A stretch of DNA of 63,972 nucleotides, filler included, from Olpidium bornovanus S191 (GCA_017911155.1; 25 parts of 25 records of this genome joined end to end with filler, not necessarily neighbours in it), one strand, 5' to 3'. Shown: positions 1-16,458, counted from the first letter of the whole stretch. Notes: generated from the letters alone by a model not told the origin. Numbers and translations: made by a program.

Positions 1-37
1 CATGGCTCAAATTACTCACGCGGGTCCGACGATCCAG

Positions 38-1449
38 AGACTATCCGAATCGCCGTCTGCGACCGCCTGGAAAGCTTCCTGGGCCTCAGCCGACCGACTG
101 GTTTGACCGCGTCCGTTTTCAAGACTGTCGGCGCCGCGATGGGCAGCGCGATGGGGCTGGTGAAAGGATCTCCCTCATCGGCTTTTTCGACGGAATATCC
201 GGCGTCGGATGCCGCCTGCACGGACACAGCTGCTGGGAGTTCGGGGTCGTCGTCCGCGTCGTCCTCGTCAGTTCTGCAAACCGCGCCAAAGAGGGAGTTC
301 GAGGACTTGGCTAAGCGCCTGTTCCTGTGGTATTATGATACTTACGTGGTGCGTAGCCTTCTCCCGTGCCTGGTGCAGCGCGATCGTTGCGGTCAGCCGG
401 GTGGCTGTTTTCGCGCTGTTCTGAGGTGATGATTGAAGAAAAATACCCACCACGCAACCAAAATAAAAAAACAAAAAAAGCACACAATTAGAACGGAGTC
501 GCCAAAGGTGACGCCTGGCCAGGCATTCACGAAGATGAGTTTCGAGCACGCCAGAAACAGCATGGACGGCACGTTCGTGTACCCGCAGCTGGAGGAGCGG
601 TTAATCAGGATTCGCCAAGCCATTATGGATGAGACAGAGGAATTTATACTGGAGAGCCACACGTGGGTAACGATGGACACGACGACGTGCAGCAACCTGC
701 GGCGTCAGTTCGAGCAGATCCGAGAGAGCAAAGATTACGAAGGTGAGCGCGATCTCTCGAAACGCTCGGGTTTTTGCGCGAGCCGCATGGAGGCAGGGGC
801 GACCGGTATCAGCTCTAAACACAATCCGGGGGGCGCGTTGGCTGTTCTTCCTGACTTAGGCTTGATGGAGCTTCAGCTTCGGGACAATAACCCTTTTGTC
901 TGGGACATTCTAGTGTTCGGCAGGCCGATGACGTAAGTTGCGTTGTAGACCCTTATTGCAGACCTGCGGGCCGCCCGGAGATACTCTAAAACCCGACTTG
1001 CCGGATCTACTATGTTGACGTTTACCCTTCTCTTCCAGCCAATTTGACGGCGGGCTGTTCAAGTGCCGGATGGTTTTCCACGATAACTTCCCCGAGGTGC
1101 ACCCTCGAACAACGTTCACAGCGCCGGTGTACCACCCGCACGTGACCGAAGACGGCGTGCCGTTCTACCGGGTGGTGCGCGAAGACAGCGTGCGGGCGCA
1201 CCTGACCGCCATTTGTGACATTTTCGACAAAGATCCCGTACCAGACCCGGCGACGCACGTAAACCGCAAGGCGGCTGCGCTCTACTTTGGGACGAAGGAG
1301 GAGAAAAGGGAGTACAGCAGGTGCGACTGGCGGGGGTCATTTCGGGGGGGTTTTTTTGTTGCAAGTTCTGTAGCCTTACGGGCCTGCGCTACATCTCGAC
1401 CCTCCGTAGAAATGCACGGAAATGTGCGAACAGGTCCGTCGACTATTAG
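38..1449 (+). CDS. Fungal UBE2Z-like ubiquitin-conjugating enzyme with tandem UBC folds, C-terminal half (5' partial)
   Basis: Exons about 38-348, 481-932, 1039-1320 and 1410-1449. They give ETIRIAVCDRLESFLG, KRLFLWYYDTY, MSFEHARNSMDGTFVYPQLEERL, NLRRQFEQI, NPFVWDILVFGRPMT/QFDGGLFKCRMVFHDNFPE..PVYHPHV, VNRKAAALYFG..EEKREYSR/NARKCANRSVDY*. This is a UBC fold matching my recollection of the fungal double-UBC family. Confidence 0.8.
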
Positions 1450-2367
1450 CCAAAAGCGGATGATGTTCATCAGTAATCAAGGCGAAGCGCACAACACCAT
1501 CCCCGTGTTAATAAAACGTTGTACGTTCTGCGTAACGGCCCCTTCCGCCCCTTTCCCCGTTCCCCGTTATCCCCGCCTCCCCTTTCCCCGCCCCACTTTC
1601 GCGTTTCTTCACTGTTTCGAGCACCACCGCCAGATACCCCTTGAAAGCGTCTGGAGATATGACCAAGAACTCTTTCTACCCCTCGTCCGCTGTGCGTCTG
1701 TCTCCATCCTTCCGTAAAGCATTCTCATTCCTCCTCGTCGCTCCCATCTTCGCTGGCCGACGATTTCTCAACCAAGTCCGCGGTTCTGGACCTCTCCTTT
1801 GCGTAGGTCCCCTCAACGCCACACCCCCCCCCCCCCCCCCCCTCCCCGCATTTCAACATCCCGTTTGCACGCCGCAGATCACAGTAGACACAGTTCTTTC
1901 CGCCATTCGGGCAGAGGGAGGATCACGTCATAGTCATTGCCGGCGGGGATCCCCGTTCCTTTGTCGCGCATGGTTTTTTGCGGCAAAACCTGCCTGATGA
2001 ACAAAAACGTTTGGATGATCCCGCATGATTTTGAGAACGAAGTGCGAAGGCTACGGCGATCAACAGGCCATTTGTTTCGAACCTTGCGCCCTTACGCTTC
2101 CATCGGGGGGCGGCGGCAGCCCCTCCCCTCGTTCTGCTGCGCCGCGGGCTGGCGATGTTTTCCCTCTGCGAGGTTGCGGCCGATTCCTTCGTTCCGGGGG
2201 GTGGCGGTCAGTCGGGGTCACGTGTGACTCGCCACGCCGCCCCGTCTTGCGCCCCTGCTGATGATGCGCACAGGAGTCCGGCTCGAACCGCGCCGGCCCA
2301 CCGCGCACACCCACACCCACCGCACCCTTGGGCCAGCCAGCGGCCGCTCTGTCGACCGACCCAGAAA

Positions 2368-2464
2368 ATGTCACCGCAAACAGGCGCCGCGGGCGCGCGG
2401 GGAGCGGGGGGAGGGCCGACCGCGCCGCAGGCCCAGCAGCAGCAGCTCGCGTATCTTTGCGCTG
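2368..2464 (+). CDS. Possible first exon of RNA polymerase I/II/III subunit RPABC4 (Rpb12/Rpc10)
   Basis: MSPQTGAAGARGAGGGPTAPQAQQQQLAYLCA followed by a GTACGT donor. Resembles the Rpb12 start (..LKYICAEC..). Downstream exons are not present. Confidence 0.4.
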
Positions 2465-2662
2465 GTACGTGGGGGTGAACGTTCGTTGCCGTCCGTCAGC
2501 CCACCCTGCGCGAAAAGCCGACTTCCCTCGTCCCCCCCCCTCCCTCACACGCGGAAGCTCGGAGTCTTCCGCGGCGGGGTGGGCGGGGGTTGGGGAAGCG
2601 AAGACGGAGTGCGCACAGGCGGACTGAGTTGGCTGACGGCTGTCCCAAAGAGGCGGCGGCAG

Positions 2663-2708
<46 letters not shown>

Positions 2709-2780
2709 GCGGAGGAGGTTTTTGTGGGGGGACGGCGGGCGCGCGGGGAGCGGGGGGAGGGCCGACCGCGCCGCAGGCCC

Positions 2781-2880
2781 NNNNNNNNNNNNNNNNNNNN
2801 NNNNNNNNNNNNNNNNNNNNNNNNTTAATTAATTAANNNNNNNNNNNNNNNNNNNNNNNNNNNNNNNNNNNNNNNNNNNN
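2781..2880. other. Artificial contig linker (first of 24): 44 N + TTAATTAATTAA + 44 N
   Basis: Identical 100-nt spacer with stops in all six frames. Others start at 4034, 6040, 8699, 10337, 17759, 20580, 22367, 23891, 25297, 28063, 29478, 31142, 34095, 35256, 36791, 38027, 47159, 50275, 52484, 54529, 57440, 61386 and 62704. Confidence 0.99.
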
Positions 2881-3739
2881 CATGACTGGATCGCAGCCGT
2901 CACAAACAGCTCGACGCGGTCACATTACTTCCCAGGTAAACCCACGGTAAAGAAGACAAGAGACGAACAGAAGAAAGGCAGTCTAGCTTTTCTTCGTATC
3001 TTATTTGCCATTTGCGTCTAATCTGTGCGACATCCGGCCCCGTTTCGTGACGACCTCGTACCGACGACACCGTTGACGCGATGTCATTGACGGCACCGAC
3101 CGGCGATCGCCAGGCGACGAGGTGTCGTGTGGCGAGGGCATTGCGCGGTTGATGCGGCCTGCGACAGGGACGAGTTCGGCGAGCTTGTCGGCGCCATGCT
3201 CCCCGCCACGCGGCGGCCTGTTTCCACGGGAGCGCCAGACGCACCCCAACGCAGTAACAACGTTTGTGTTCCGTTAGTCCAGCGCCATTTCTCAAACCCT
3301 TGCTTCGCGGTTCGGGGAGCCATTCTGGGCGCGCGGCCCCGGTCTTCCGCCGCGACGTCGAGGCCGCAAGTTCCTCGTCCTCCGCGGACGCGACATGTTG
3401 CCGCCCTTGTCCCGCCCTCGCGGGGCGTCGTCGGTTGCTAGGCTCCACAGCAGCGACTCGGAAAGGAAAAAAGAACAAAAATTTTCCGCGCAGTCCGCGG
3501 GAGGCAGCATCAGAGGGAACGTCGCCGTTGCAACCCCGGACGGACAGCGCAGCACCAGAGAGAATCGGCCGTTGCGGACCGGATGACGATGCGCACGGCG
3601 GAAGGGCCAGGTCCACGCGCATCCCGGCCGGGAACCGCAAACTTAAGAAGCCGTAAGGGGTTGCCAAACTCTGGGATCCTGCCAAGACAAAACGCATAAA
3701 AAAAAAAAAGAAAAAAAGAAAAAGAAAGAATCGACACCC

Positions 3740-4033
3740 GTGATGGAGGGCAATCTCTCCGCAAGCGGCCGGCTGACCTCCATATCGGAGAGCCTGCCCA
3801 TGACCACCATCGCATCGCCCGCAGCGGCACACGCCCCGGGCCGCAACGTCGAGAACACTCCCCCGCGCCGCGAGCCGGGGATTCACCGCCACATTTCCCG
3901 AGTCAACACGGACATGCGAGGCGACTCGGTGTCGCGCGATTCCCTAGGGTCCACGCCGAAACTCCCGCTGGGGTCGCAGGAAGACTTTGGAGTGCGTAGC
4001 GCCGCCCGACGGAAAATCCTGCCCGTGGGGTCC
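3740..4033 (+). CDS. Hypothetical Ser/Pro/Arg-rich coding segment (3' truncated)
   Basis: ORF open to the contig end, composition typical of a disordered protein. No family motif recognised. Confidence 0.3.
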
Positions 4034-4274
4034 NNNNNNNNNNNNNNNNNNNNNNNNNNNNNNNNNNNNNNNNNNNNTTAATTAATTAANNNNNNNNNNN
4101 NNNNNNNNNNNNNNNNNNNNNNNNNNNNNNNNNCGCGCCGCCCTGTTTCCTTTTTTCCTCCGCCAGTCGTTTTTTCGTCCCTTTTCTCCCCGCGGCCGCC
4201 GCCCGCCCCCCGGAGGACCTCCCCCCTCGCCCCGCCCCACCCCACCCCCGGAAAAAACACCACACACACACACC

Positions 4275-4305
<31 letters not shown>

Positions 4306-4344
4306 GCGTGCCGCACCGGCCCGCTCCCCCACGCGCGAAACACC

Positions 4345-5878
4345 ATGCGCTTCGCCGCCGCCGGCTTCCGCCCCGCGCCCTACCACCGCCCTCCCCCCGC
4401 CCCCGCCCACGCCCACGCCCCCGCTCCCTCTGCTCCCTCTGCTCCCTCTGCTCCCTCGGCTCCCTCGGCTCCCTCGGCTCCCTCGGCTCCCTCGGCTCCC
4501 GCTCTCGCCGGCGCGCCCTCCGCCGGCCCCCGCCCCTGCCGTCGCCGCCGCCGCCGCCGCCGCTCGCCCGCCGCTTCCCCCGCGCGGCGCCCCGTCGCCC
4601 CGCCGCCCGCCCTCGCCGCCGCCTCCGCCTCCGTCCGCCTGAACGCGTCCGGGCCCGCCGGCGAGAGCAGGCGCGAACGGAGCTGCGCACGGCCCGCCCT
4701 CGCCGCGGCGGCGGACGCGCTCGTTTTCGGCGCCCTCGCCGGGGCCGCGGGCGGGACGTCGCGCATGCGGCCCGAGGTGCCGGCGGAAAACGGCGACGCG
4801 TCGCGCGACGCGCGCTGGGAGCAGGAAGAGGGGGAGTCGCTTGAGGAGGAGGACGACGACGAGGAGGACGAGTTGGAGGAGGAGGACGAGGAGGGCGACG
4901 AGATGGAGGAGGAGGAGGAGCTGCAGGAAGAAGAGGAGGTGGTGGAGGTTCCGGAGGTGGTGGTGACGGTTGACGACGACGAGTCCGCCGGCGACAGCGA
5001 CGTGGAACTGGTCGCGGTGTGCCGCCAGACCGCGAACCGAGAGCCTCCGCCGCCTACCGTCATCGTCATCACCGACGACGAGGAGGACGACGAAGGGTGT
5101 AACGCGCGGATCTCGCCGGCGAGGGTCTCTCGCGCGATCGGCGAGGAAGCCCGCGAAGACGACGTCGAGATGGTTTCGCCGCAAGAAGTTTTCCGGGGCG
5201 GCTGGAGCGCCCCCAGCGGAAGAAGCGCCGCGGGCCTCGCGTGGACGAACGAGGAAGCCGGCCCTGGCCGCGCCGGGCTGCGCCTGCCGGAGGTCCGCGC
5301 CACCGGTGACGGCAATCGCGGGTTGAAACGGTCGCGGGACCTCTCGCCGTGTTGTCCGGAAGAGGAGGGACGGAACGCGTCTCTCAATTACTACACGAAC
5401 GGGAACAGCGGCGCAGCCGCGGGTGCTGCCTTTTCTGCCGCTGCTCTCTGGTCGTCCGCGGCTGGGCCGTCGGCGAAGAGGATCAGGCTGGAGCCGAGCC
5501 AACATGTTTTTTGCGCCTTGTCGACGCCCGGCGCGGGCGAGGACGCCGGAGCTCCCGTCGTCGGCGGCGGCCAAGTCTCGCGCGAGCCTCGCGCCGAGGA
5601 GCAGAACGGGATCAGCGCGCCGGACGCGAGTGAAGTGGCGAGCGTGCCGTTCGAGATGTTCAAGGAAGCTCTGGAGTTGATGGAGAGAATGACGAGGGCG
5701 GCGAACAGGGCGAACGAGCGTTTGTCGAAAGGTCAGACACCCCCGGGTCCGATTGTTGTCGTTGTTAACTTTAGGCGCGGCTGCTGACGGATTTCGGCCC
5801 GTCGCGTCCCGGCTCATCCAGGAATTACCTGCAGCATCTGCTGCGAGCTGCTGGTGAACCCGTACACGTTGGGCTGCG
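4345..5878 (+). CDS. RING-finger protein (probable E3 ligase) with acidic N-terminus and SIM-like motifs (3' partial)
   Basis: Exon 4345-5731, intron GTCAGA..CAG (5732-5821), exon 5822-5878 encoding (G)ITCSICCELLVNPYTLGC(G), then a GTGCGT donor. This is the C-x2-C-x11-C start of a RING-HC domain. Confidence 0.75.
4436..4499 (+). repeat. Coding 9-bp repeat (CTCCCTCTG/CTCCCTCGG)n giving (APS)n
   Basis: About 7 tandem units inside the RING gene. Confidence 0.9.
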
Positions 5879-5973
5879 GTGCGTGACCGCGCGTCCCTCG
5901 ACGCACCAGTGCGTCGTTTTTTTTTTTTTTTTTTTTTTTTTTTACGGGCCCCGTTCGTTTCCCTCCCCCCCCG

Positions 5974-6027
<54 letters not shown>

Positions 6028-7051
6028 AAAGCAAACCACNNNNNNNNNNNNNNNNNNNNNNNNNNNNNNNNNNNNNNNNNNNNTTAATTAATTAANNNNN
6101 NNNNNNNNNNNNNNNNNNNNNNNNNNNNNNNNNNNNNNNAACGGCTCTAATTTACCACCTTGTCGTTCTCCTGTTCGCCATTCCTCAAAGACCGCGAGCT
6201 GCTTCTTTCTGCAAAGCGTCTAGTCTTCTACAGTAAACGTACCAACACACACCTACATGCATACCTCCGCCAGTTTCCGTTACCAGGTCCTGGATATCTA
6301 CATTCTTCATCGCCCTTGTCGCCCAATCTGAACAGAGGTCGCCCCTCGCCCTCTTAGCCAAACTTAGCCGGTTTTGCTGGGACAGAACTGGCGTGAGACC
6401 GACCGCCAAACCGTGCACGCATGCCCCCTGCGCTTCTGACATTGCGGAATTCCCGGGTTTCGCGCGTTCGAATTTCGAGCCTTTTATTAGACGTGAAGAA
6501 AACTGACACAAGTCTATAATCTATGAATTTCAGAGGAGACGTGGTACAGAGGATTCTGCCCGCAAGAAAAACGGCAAAAGTGAAAGGCATGATGAGAAAA
6601 AAAAGAAGAAAAAAAAAAGAAGAAAAGGAAGAAGAAAATGAAATAGTAGCGGGACGGTTTTAAGAACGGGCGAGGGGAGTTATCGGAACAACAAACGGAA
6701 ATCCCCGGCCGTCGCTTGCGCCTCGTCTGAAATGTTCTCCGACGTGCGTCTGCCAAGAGCCCCGCCGGCAGGGCCTCGAGCCGCACCCGGCCAGTCCCAC
6801 GCCATCTGCGCGCGCGGTAATGCCGCCAAGCGCGTGTGGCCAGATCGTCGAAGCGGCAGAGGACGTGCCCACCGACCCTCGAAGAGGGAAGGAAGGGTTG
6901 GGACAGGTCAGCCGCCCGAGCGACGCCGTCATCTCTAAGAAGAAGCCCCGCGGCTGGCTGCGCAAGCAATAAAAACGAGCGCGAGAGGGCGGATTGTGCT
7001 CTCGCGCGCGGAAAGGCATCCCGGGGGGTGGGGGGGGTGGGGGGGGGGGGG

Positions 7052-7893
7052 TCACGCATCCGGGCGGCAACACGACGTCGACCGAAAAGGCGACATTTGT
7101 CGTTCCAATTCCTCCCCCGGTGCCTCTTCCTCGTCGATTTCGTCGTCCTCCTCCTCCTCGGCTGGTTCCCCGTCTTCCGACTCCGTCCCGCTCGCGCACG
7201 GCCGGTTGTCGTTCCGAAACAGGCCCTCGTCGTCGCTCTCGCTCCCTTTCAAAGCCTCCCCGGCCGACGTCTCGGGACCGGCCGGGCGCGACGCCTCCGT
7301 GTCAAATCCGGCGGGCCTTATTTGTTGAAACAAGACAAAACAAAGTCGAAAGAAAAACGAAAAAAAGGCGTTAAAAACAGTAACCGTCCGCCTTTGCGGC
7401 AGAAAACAAAAAGCCCGCCACATGCCCCTTCCTCTTCCTCACCAGAAGCCCGCCTTCTTCAGCTCCCGTACGTGGTGCGGGAAAAGCACGCTGGCGATTT
7501 CGCCTCCGAGCTTGTTGGCGCGCTCCGAGTTCGGGTCGACGATCACGTAGTGTCCTGCGCGAGGGCGTTTCCAGCGACCGCCAGCCGACGTCAGCAAAAG
7601 AAATTTCTCCCTTGCACCTGTTCCCCTCCCCGCGAGGCAGAGGGGCAGCTCATTCTTCGTCTTTTTCTTCTTTTCTCACCCCTCTTGACCCATACGGTGT
7701 TTCTGAACTTGGGCGGCAGGGTGACCAGCGTCGGCTCCTCACTTGCCGCTCCCGTCGGCGCGCCGGGGGCGGGCAGCACCAGGTGCAGGTTGTTCCCGCG
7801 GGGGCCAAGCACCCTCGCGACGAACTGCGGGGGACGCGGGACCGGGGTGCGGTCCAGCACATCCTGAGTCGTCCTCCTGTCCGGCCGCGGCAT
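7052..7893 (-). CDS. EIF1AD: eIF1A-domain (S1-like) RNA-binding protein
   Basis: Three exons: MPRPDRRTTQDVL..QFVARVLGPRGNNLHLV..TLVTLPPKFRNTVWVKRG / HYVIVDP..KLGGEIASVLFPHHVRELKKAGFW / PAGF..SDDEGLFRNDNRP with an acidic tail. GT-AG phases are consistent. Confidence 0.92.
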
Positions 7894-8354
7894 ACGCGGA
7901 TGTCACGTTTGTTTCGGGGGAGGAGAAGAGAAGTCGGCAGCAATTCTCCCCTTTTTTTCTGTTTGCGGCCGTTTGTTTTTGAGTTTTCGCCCGGGGGTCC
8001 TCCGTCTCCGTCCTCTTGCCCCCTGGAAGAAACACACACAAACAACAGAAACACAAATGGAATCCAATAAATACTGTGTGTGACGCGTTATCAGCACCAA
8101 AAAGGCTCGCCCGCGAGAACCTTCTCCCGCGACAACCTTCTCGCCCCCCGTCCGTCTGCGCGCCCCGTCGTCGCCGCACAACGAGACGCGCCGCGAAGCG
8201 ACGAAACCCGCTCCTTTGCGTCCGCACACTGCGTTCCCGCGCGGGAGCAGCGGGGTTGGAAAGGCAGGGGCGCGGCGGGCCGCTGGTCGGCGATGCCGCG
8301 TGGCATCACCAGGAACAGCAGCAGCAGCAGGAGCAGTTGCCGGGCTAACACTTG

Positions 8355-8520
8355 GAATCCGTGGCGGATTCAGACGCAGAATCCGAGGCGGACTCAGACG
8401 CAAAATCCGAGGCGGATACAGAAGCAGATTTGCGCAGATTCAGACGCAGAACCGGATGCAAATAAAGACGCGAAATCGGAAGCGGATCCAGACGCAGAAT
8501 CGGATGCAGATTCAGATGTT
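8355..8520. repeat. Seven-unit 24-bp tandem array, consensus GAATCCGAGGCGGATTCAGACGCA (unit 4 is 22 bp)
   Basis: Units read directly: 8355-8378, 8379-8402, 8403-8426, 8427-8448, 8449-8472, 8473-8496, 8497-8520. Confidence 0.9.
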
Positions 8521-8840
8521 GGTGTCTCCAGTTCGTCAATGCGTTTATTTGACACCTCTCCTTGTGGGCAGTGCGGCCGCCACCGGGGGACATCCCTCCA
8601 CTCCCGCCCGGCGGTGTGCTTGACAAGTGAATTCGTGCTGCACCCTCACCAAAGCAAAACAAACCTACGCTCCGTTTTCCCCGCCGACGACTACCATGNN
8701 NNNNNNNNNNNNNNNNNNNNNNNNNNNNNNNNNNNNNNNNNNTTAATTAATTAANNNNNNNNNNNNNNNNNNNNNNNNNNNNNNNNNNNNNNNNNNNNGA
8801 GGGAAAACAATAAAATATAATAGATTAAAACAGCGCTCAC

Positions 8841-10182
8841 CATCGGTACTGGCGGCAACGACAAGTTGGTGTTCAGGTACTCCTGGCACAGCTGCCGCCT
8901 TTCCCGTTTCCAACCCATGGTGGCTCGGCCGGTGGTGATGGGGGATGCCTTCTGCGTACGCTGCTCTAATCTGGGTATTAACCAACTCCTCTGCCCTCCT
9001 CTTCTGCTCGAAAGCCCTTAGCCGTTCCCGCTGGCGGTCGAGGTAACGTCGTCCGCTCTGACTCCCGGGCCGATAAGGCCTGCCGGCCGTCAACGCAGCC
9101 TCCTCTTCCGGCGCCGCTCCGATAACATTTAGATTCCGCCGAGATTCCGAGAGATCGACCATCACGGCGTTGGAGGCGCGCGTCCGCATGGCCCTCTTGG
9201 CATCGTAGTCTGGAATGTCGCCGGGTTCGTAGGCTTCGACGCCGCCCTCGTCGTGTTCCCACAGCGAGAGGCCATCTGGTGCTCCCACTTCGGCGTCTTC
9301 CGGGTCATACTGGTACCCTCCGTCGATGCGACGAACCCAATCCGACGATTTTCCGGTCGAGGGTGCCGATTTGCCATCCACACCAGTAGATGCCGCGCTG
9401 GCTGCCGTCCGCGGCCTTGATGTCGGCATATCATGCTGTAAGGTATCCAACAGAGCCGATGGCGGCATCCACGGCGGCGGCACCCCATCGTCCTGATGAA
9501 CAACGGTAGTGGGAATTGGCGTTCCGCCGGAAGTAGAAGAGTCGGGCCGCTTGATCTTCGACGACTGCGTCGCTGCGGCTTCTAAACCTGTCGATTTGGC
9601 AGTTCTGGTGGGAGATTGTCCTTCTAGTTCGATTGCGGGCCCACAGTCAATAGGGCCCTCCCTAACGGCAGCTGCAAACCTGACGGTGGCCGATCCCGCT
9701 CTCGATTGCGGCACTGGCTGCTGATACTCTGCTTCCGCGATTTCTTGAGGCCGCTCCAGACGGGATAACTCGCGCTGCCTGTCCGACAACAAGGCAGCGT
9801 ACTTGCTCAAAACCGAGTCTACATCTTCAATACACGAGAAGTCGCCTTGGTGGTCAACAAATGGCATGGTTCTCGGTAACCCGGTCGTTGACCTGGTCGA
9901 AGTCCCATCCGTTGAGGCGGATGTTTTCAATGTCGAGATGGAAACCGCCGAATAACGATCGCTGCGGTCAACCTCGATTTCAAAATTTCGAGAAGCTCCA
10001 TGGTCTTGCGGGCGTTCCGCACCCTCCCCATCGGATTCGGAGTCGGTCAAGTAGTACGGTTGCAGCTGCATTACCGAAGACGGCCTGTCCCCGTGTTTCA
10101 CGCTGTTCCGCCGCGACGTTTCCGACCAGCGACGACGTTCTCGGCCGAATGCTGCAGTTCGAATGCGTCTCTTGCCGTCCAA
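8841..10182 (-). CDS. Hypothetical largely disordered protein, one long exon (start uncertain, 3' partial)
   Basis: About 445 uninterrupted codons ending at a GTGAGC donor. Short helical segments (IEDVDSVLSKYAALLSDRQRELSRL; RERLRAFEQKRRAEELV). No family recognised. Confidence 0.65.
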
Positions 10183-10756
10183 AGCCTCAAGTCGCTGTCT
10201 GCCTTGGGCATGTCCACATGTATGCTCAGCTGATATAGCACGGGCGCGCTCACGTGGAGCTGTAGCAATTTTTGCAGAACCGTCTATCTCATCATCGTGT
10301 TTGCTCGCATAGTATTCCGCTGATAGTGCAGGTTTANNNNNNNNNNNNNNNNNNNNNNNNNNNNNNNNNNNNNNNNNNNNTTAATTAATTAANNNNNNNN
10401 NNNNNNNNNNNNNNNNNNNNNNNNNNNNNNNNNNNNCATGGACGAGAACGGGGATTTCCTGATGTCCAGTGCCCCTGAGCGAGGAGTGATGTGGAACCGT
10501 ACGGTGCACTCTACGAATCACGTGATCATCAAAGCCTGGCTCCGCTCTCCCACGGCGCAGAAACGCAAACAAAGCAAAGAAGGAAGCGTTTTCGTTCTTC
10601 CTTCCGGCTGTTCCATTGCGCTTCTCTTCAAATGAATTTTACGCAGTGAACAATCACAATCCCCTGCGCCAACTCAAACCGCAGCAGCGCCCCAGCCCAC
10701 AGGCGACAAAAAAAAAAAAAAAAAAAAAAAAAACCCCGAAAGTTACGCGACGCGCA

Positions 10757-15080
<4,324 letters not shown>

Positions 15081-15213
15081 ATGGCCGTGCCGTCCTCCGC
15101 AACGACGGCGAGCCGATATCCTGTAAATTCGGATGCTTTCGAATGTAACCCACACCCGAGTTCCAGCCTCGGACGGCGTTCCCGCGCACATCGGCTTTGC
15201 CGGTTTTGCGAGA

Positions 15214-16279
15214 TTATGTCCAGAATAGCTTAGCGAACAGCCTGTCGTGCACGCCCTGCCAGATATCCACCAACGGCGCCGTTTGGGCAGAAATCTCTGC
15301 GAGCAGGTGCAGGGTCTCAGCCGTTGTCCCTGCGGACAGGATTGCAGCGAACTGACGCTCCGCCCGCGCCACCACGGCGTCTGTAAAATCGTGGAATGAG
15401 ACAAGAAGCCTTTGCGCCGCGTACGGACCGACGCCGGGCACGCCGAGCCTCACGGCGGCGGACGTGATGGACCGAACCAGGAGGAAGATAAAGAGGCGGA
15501 ACGTCTGCACTAAAGATTAGGAGAAGCGAACGCGTAGCGGTTAGGCTGGTACGCTTTTTCGAAGAAGCCGCGTTGAGAGAAGGCGCAATCCCACTGGTAC
15601 CTATTGAGATACCCATCACCGCGCAAACCAGCCCGAAGCACACGGGGGCGTGCCCGCTGGCGTCCCCGCGTCGCACCCACTGCTTGAGCAGGCGCACCGT
15701 CGTAGTCCTTGCGTCGTCAGCACCCACCCCTTCTGGGCCGCGGACGCCGGCGGCGACGCACCTGTCGTAGACAGTCAGCAAGGCCACGCCCTGGGCACGG
15801 GAAGCCCTGCGGAGCGGGGAATTCGGGTTGCTGGCGTCGTACAAGTCGTCGACCTCCACGAGGTGCCGCACGGCCTCCTCGACGGCAGCGGCGGCCGGAC
15901 GGCCAAACCCGTCCTCCGACGAGGTCAACGAGGATGCGCGGCGGTGCGCCGCCGCGACGAAGGGGAGCGCGCCGGACGCGCAGGCGTGCACGCTCGCGCG
16001 GACGAAGGCGCCGACACCGGCGAGGTCGCGCACGTGGCCCAGCTGGACGGCCGCCTCGAGGCCGGCCGACGCGACGAAACCGCCCGTGGGCAGGCCCGAG
16101 TCGGCAAGGACCCAGAGCAGCCAGTCGGCGGCGACGGTCGCGGCGGCCGAGGACGGAGGAAGCGGAGGATGAGGAGGCGGAAGAGGAGGACAGCCGGGAC
16201 GCGGCGGCGGACCGTGTCCGGCGACCAAAGCGGCGGTCGTCCGGGTCACCGCGTGCGCAGGGTCGTCGTCGGTCATCAT
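15214..16279 (-). CDS. UREF: Urease accessory protein UreF
   Basis: Exons 16279-15601 and 15509-15214: WVLADSGLPTGGFVASAGLEAA, RRASRAQGVALL, GHAPVCFGLVC, VRSITSAAVRLG..GPYAAQRLL, AQTAPLVDIWQGVHDRLFAKLFWT*. Confidence 0.93.
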
Positions 16280-16458
16280 CGTGGATGACTCGTCCGGGGT
16301 CTGGTGTCGTCCTCCGCAGGCGTGACTCGTCGGCGGGAAGGAAGGGGGCTGACGCATCATACCCACCCCTTACCCGCCCCTCCCCCCCTCCTTCCCCACG
16401 CTGGGCAGAATACGCTAAGAGGAAAGGAAAGAAGGAAGGAAAAAAATAGATCGAGGCA

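Noticed and set aside
4078-6039. Long antisense ORFs over real genes (also 15650-16880 and 52769-54091)
   Set aside because: High GC content suppresses stop codons in shadow frames. The homologous protein is on the other strand or frame.
5814-6095. Poly-Lys and poly-Phe ORFs (also near 22150-22920, 36370-36850 and 54570-55180)
   Set aside because: They are translations of intronic or intergenic A/T homopolymers.
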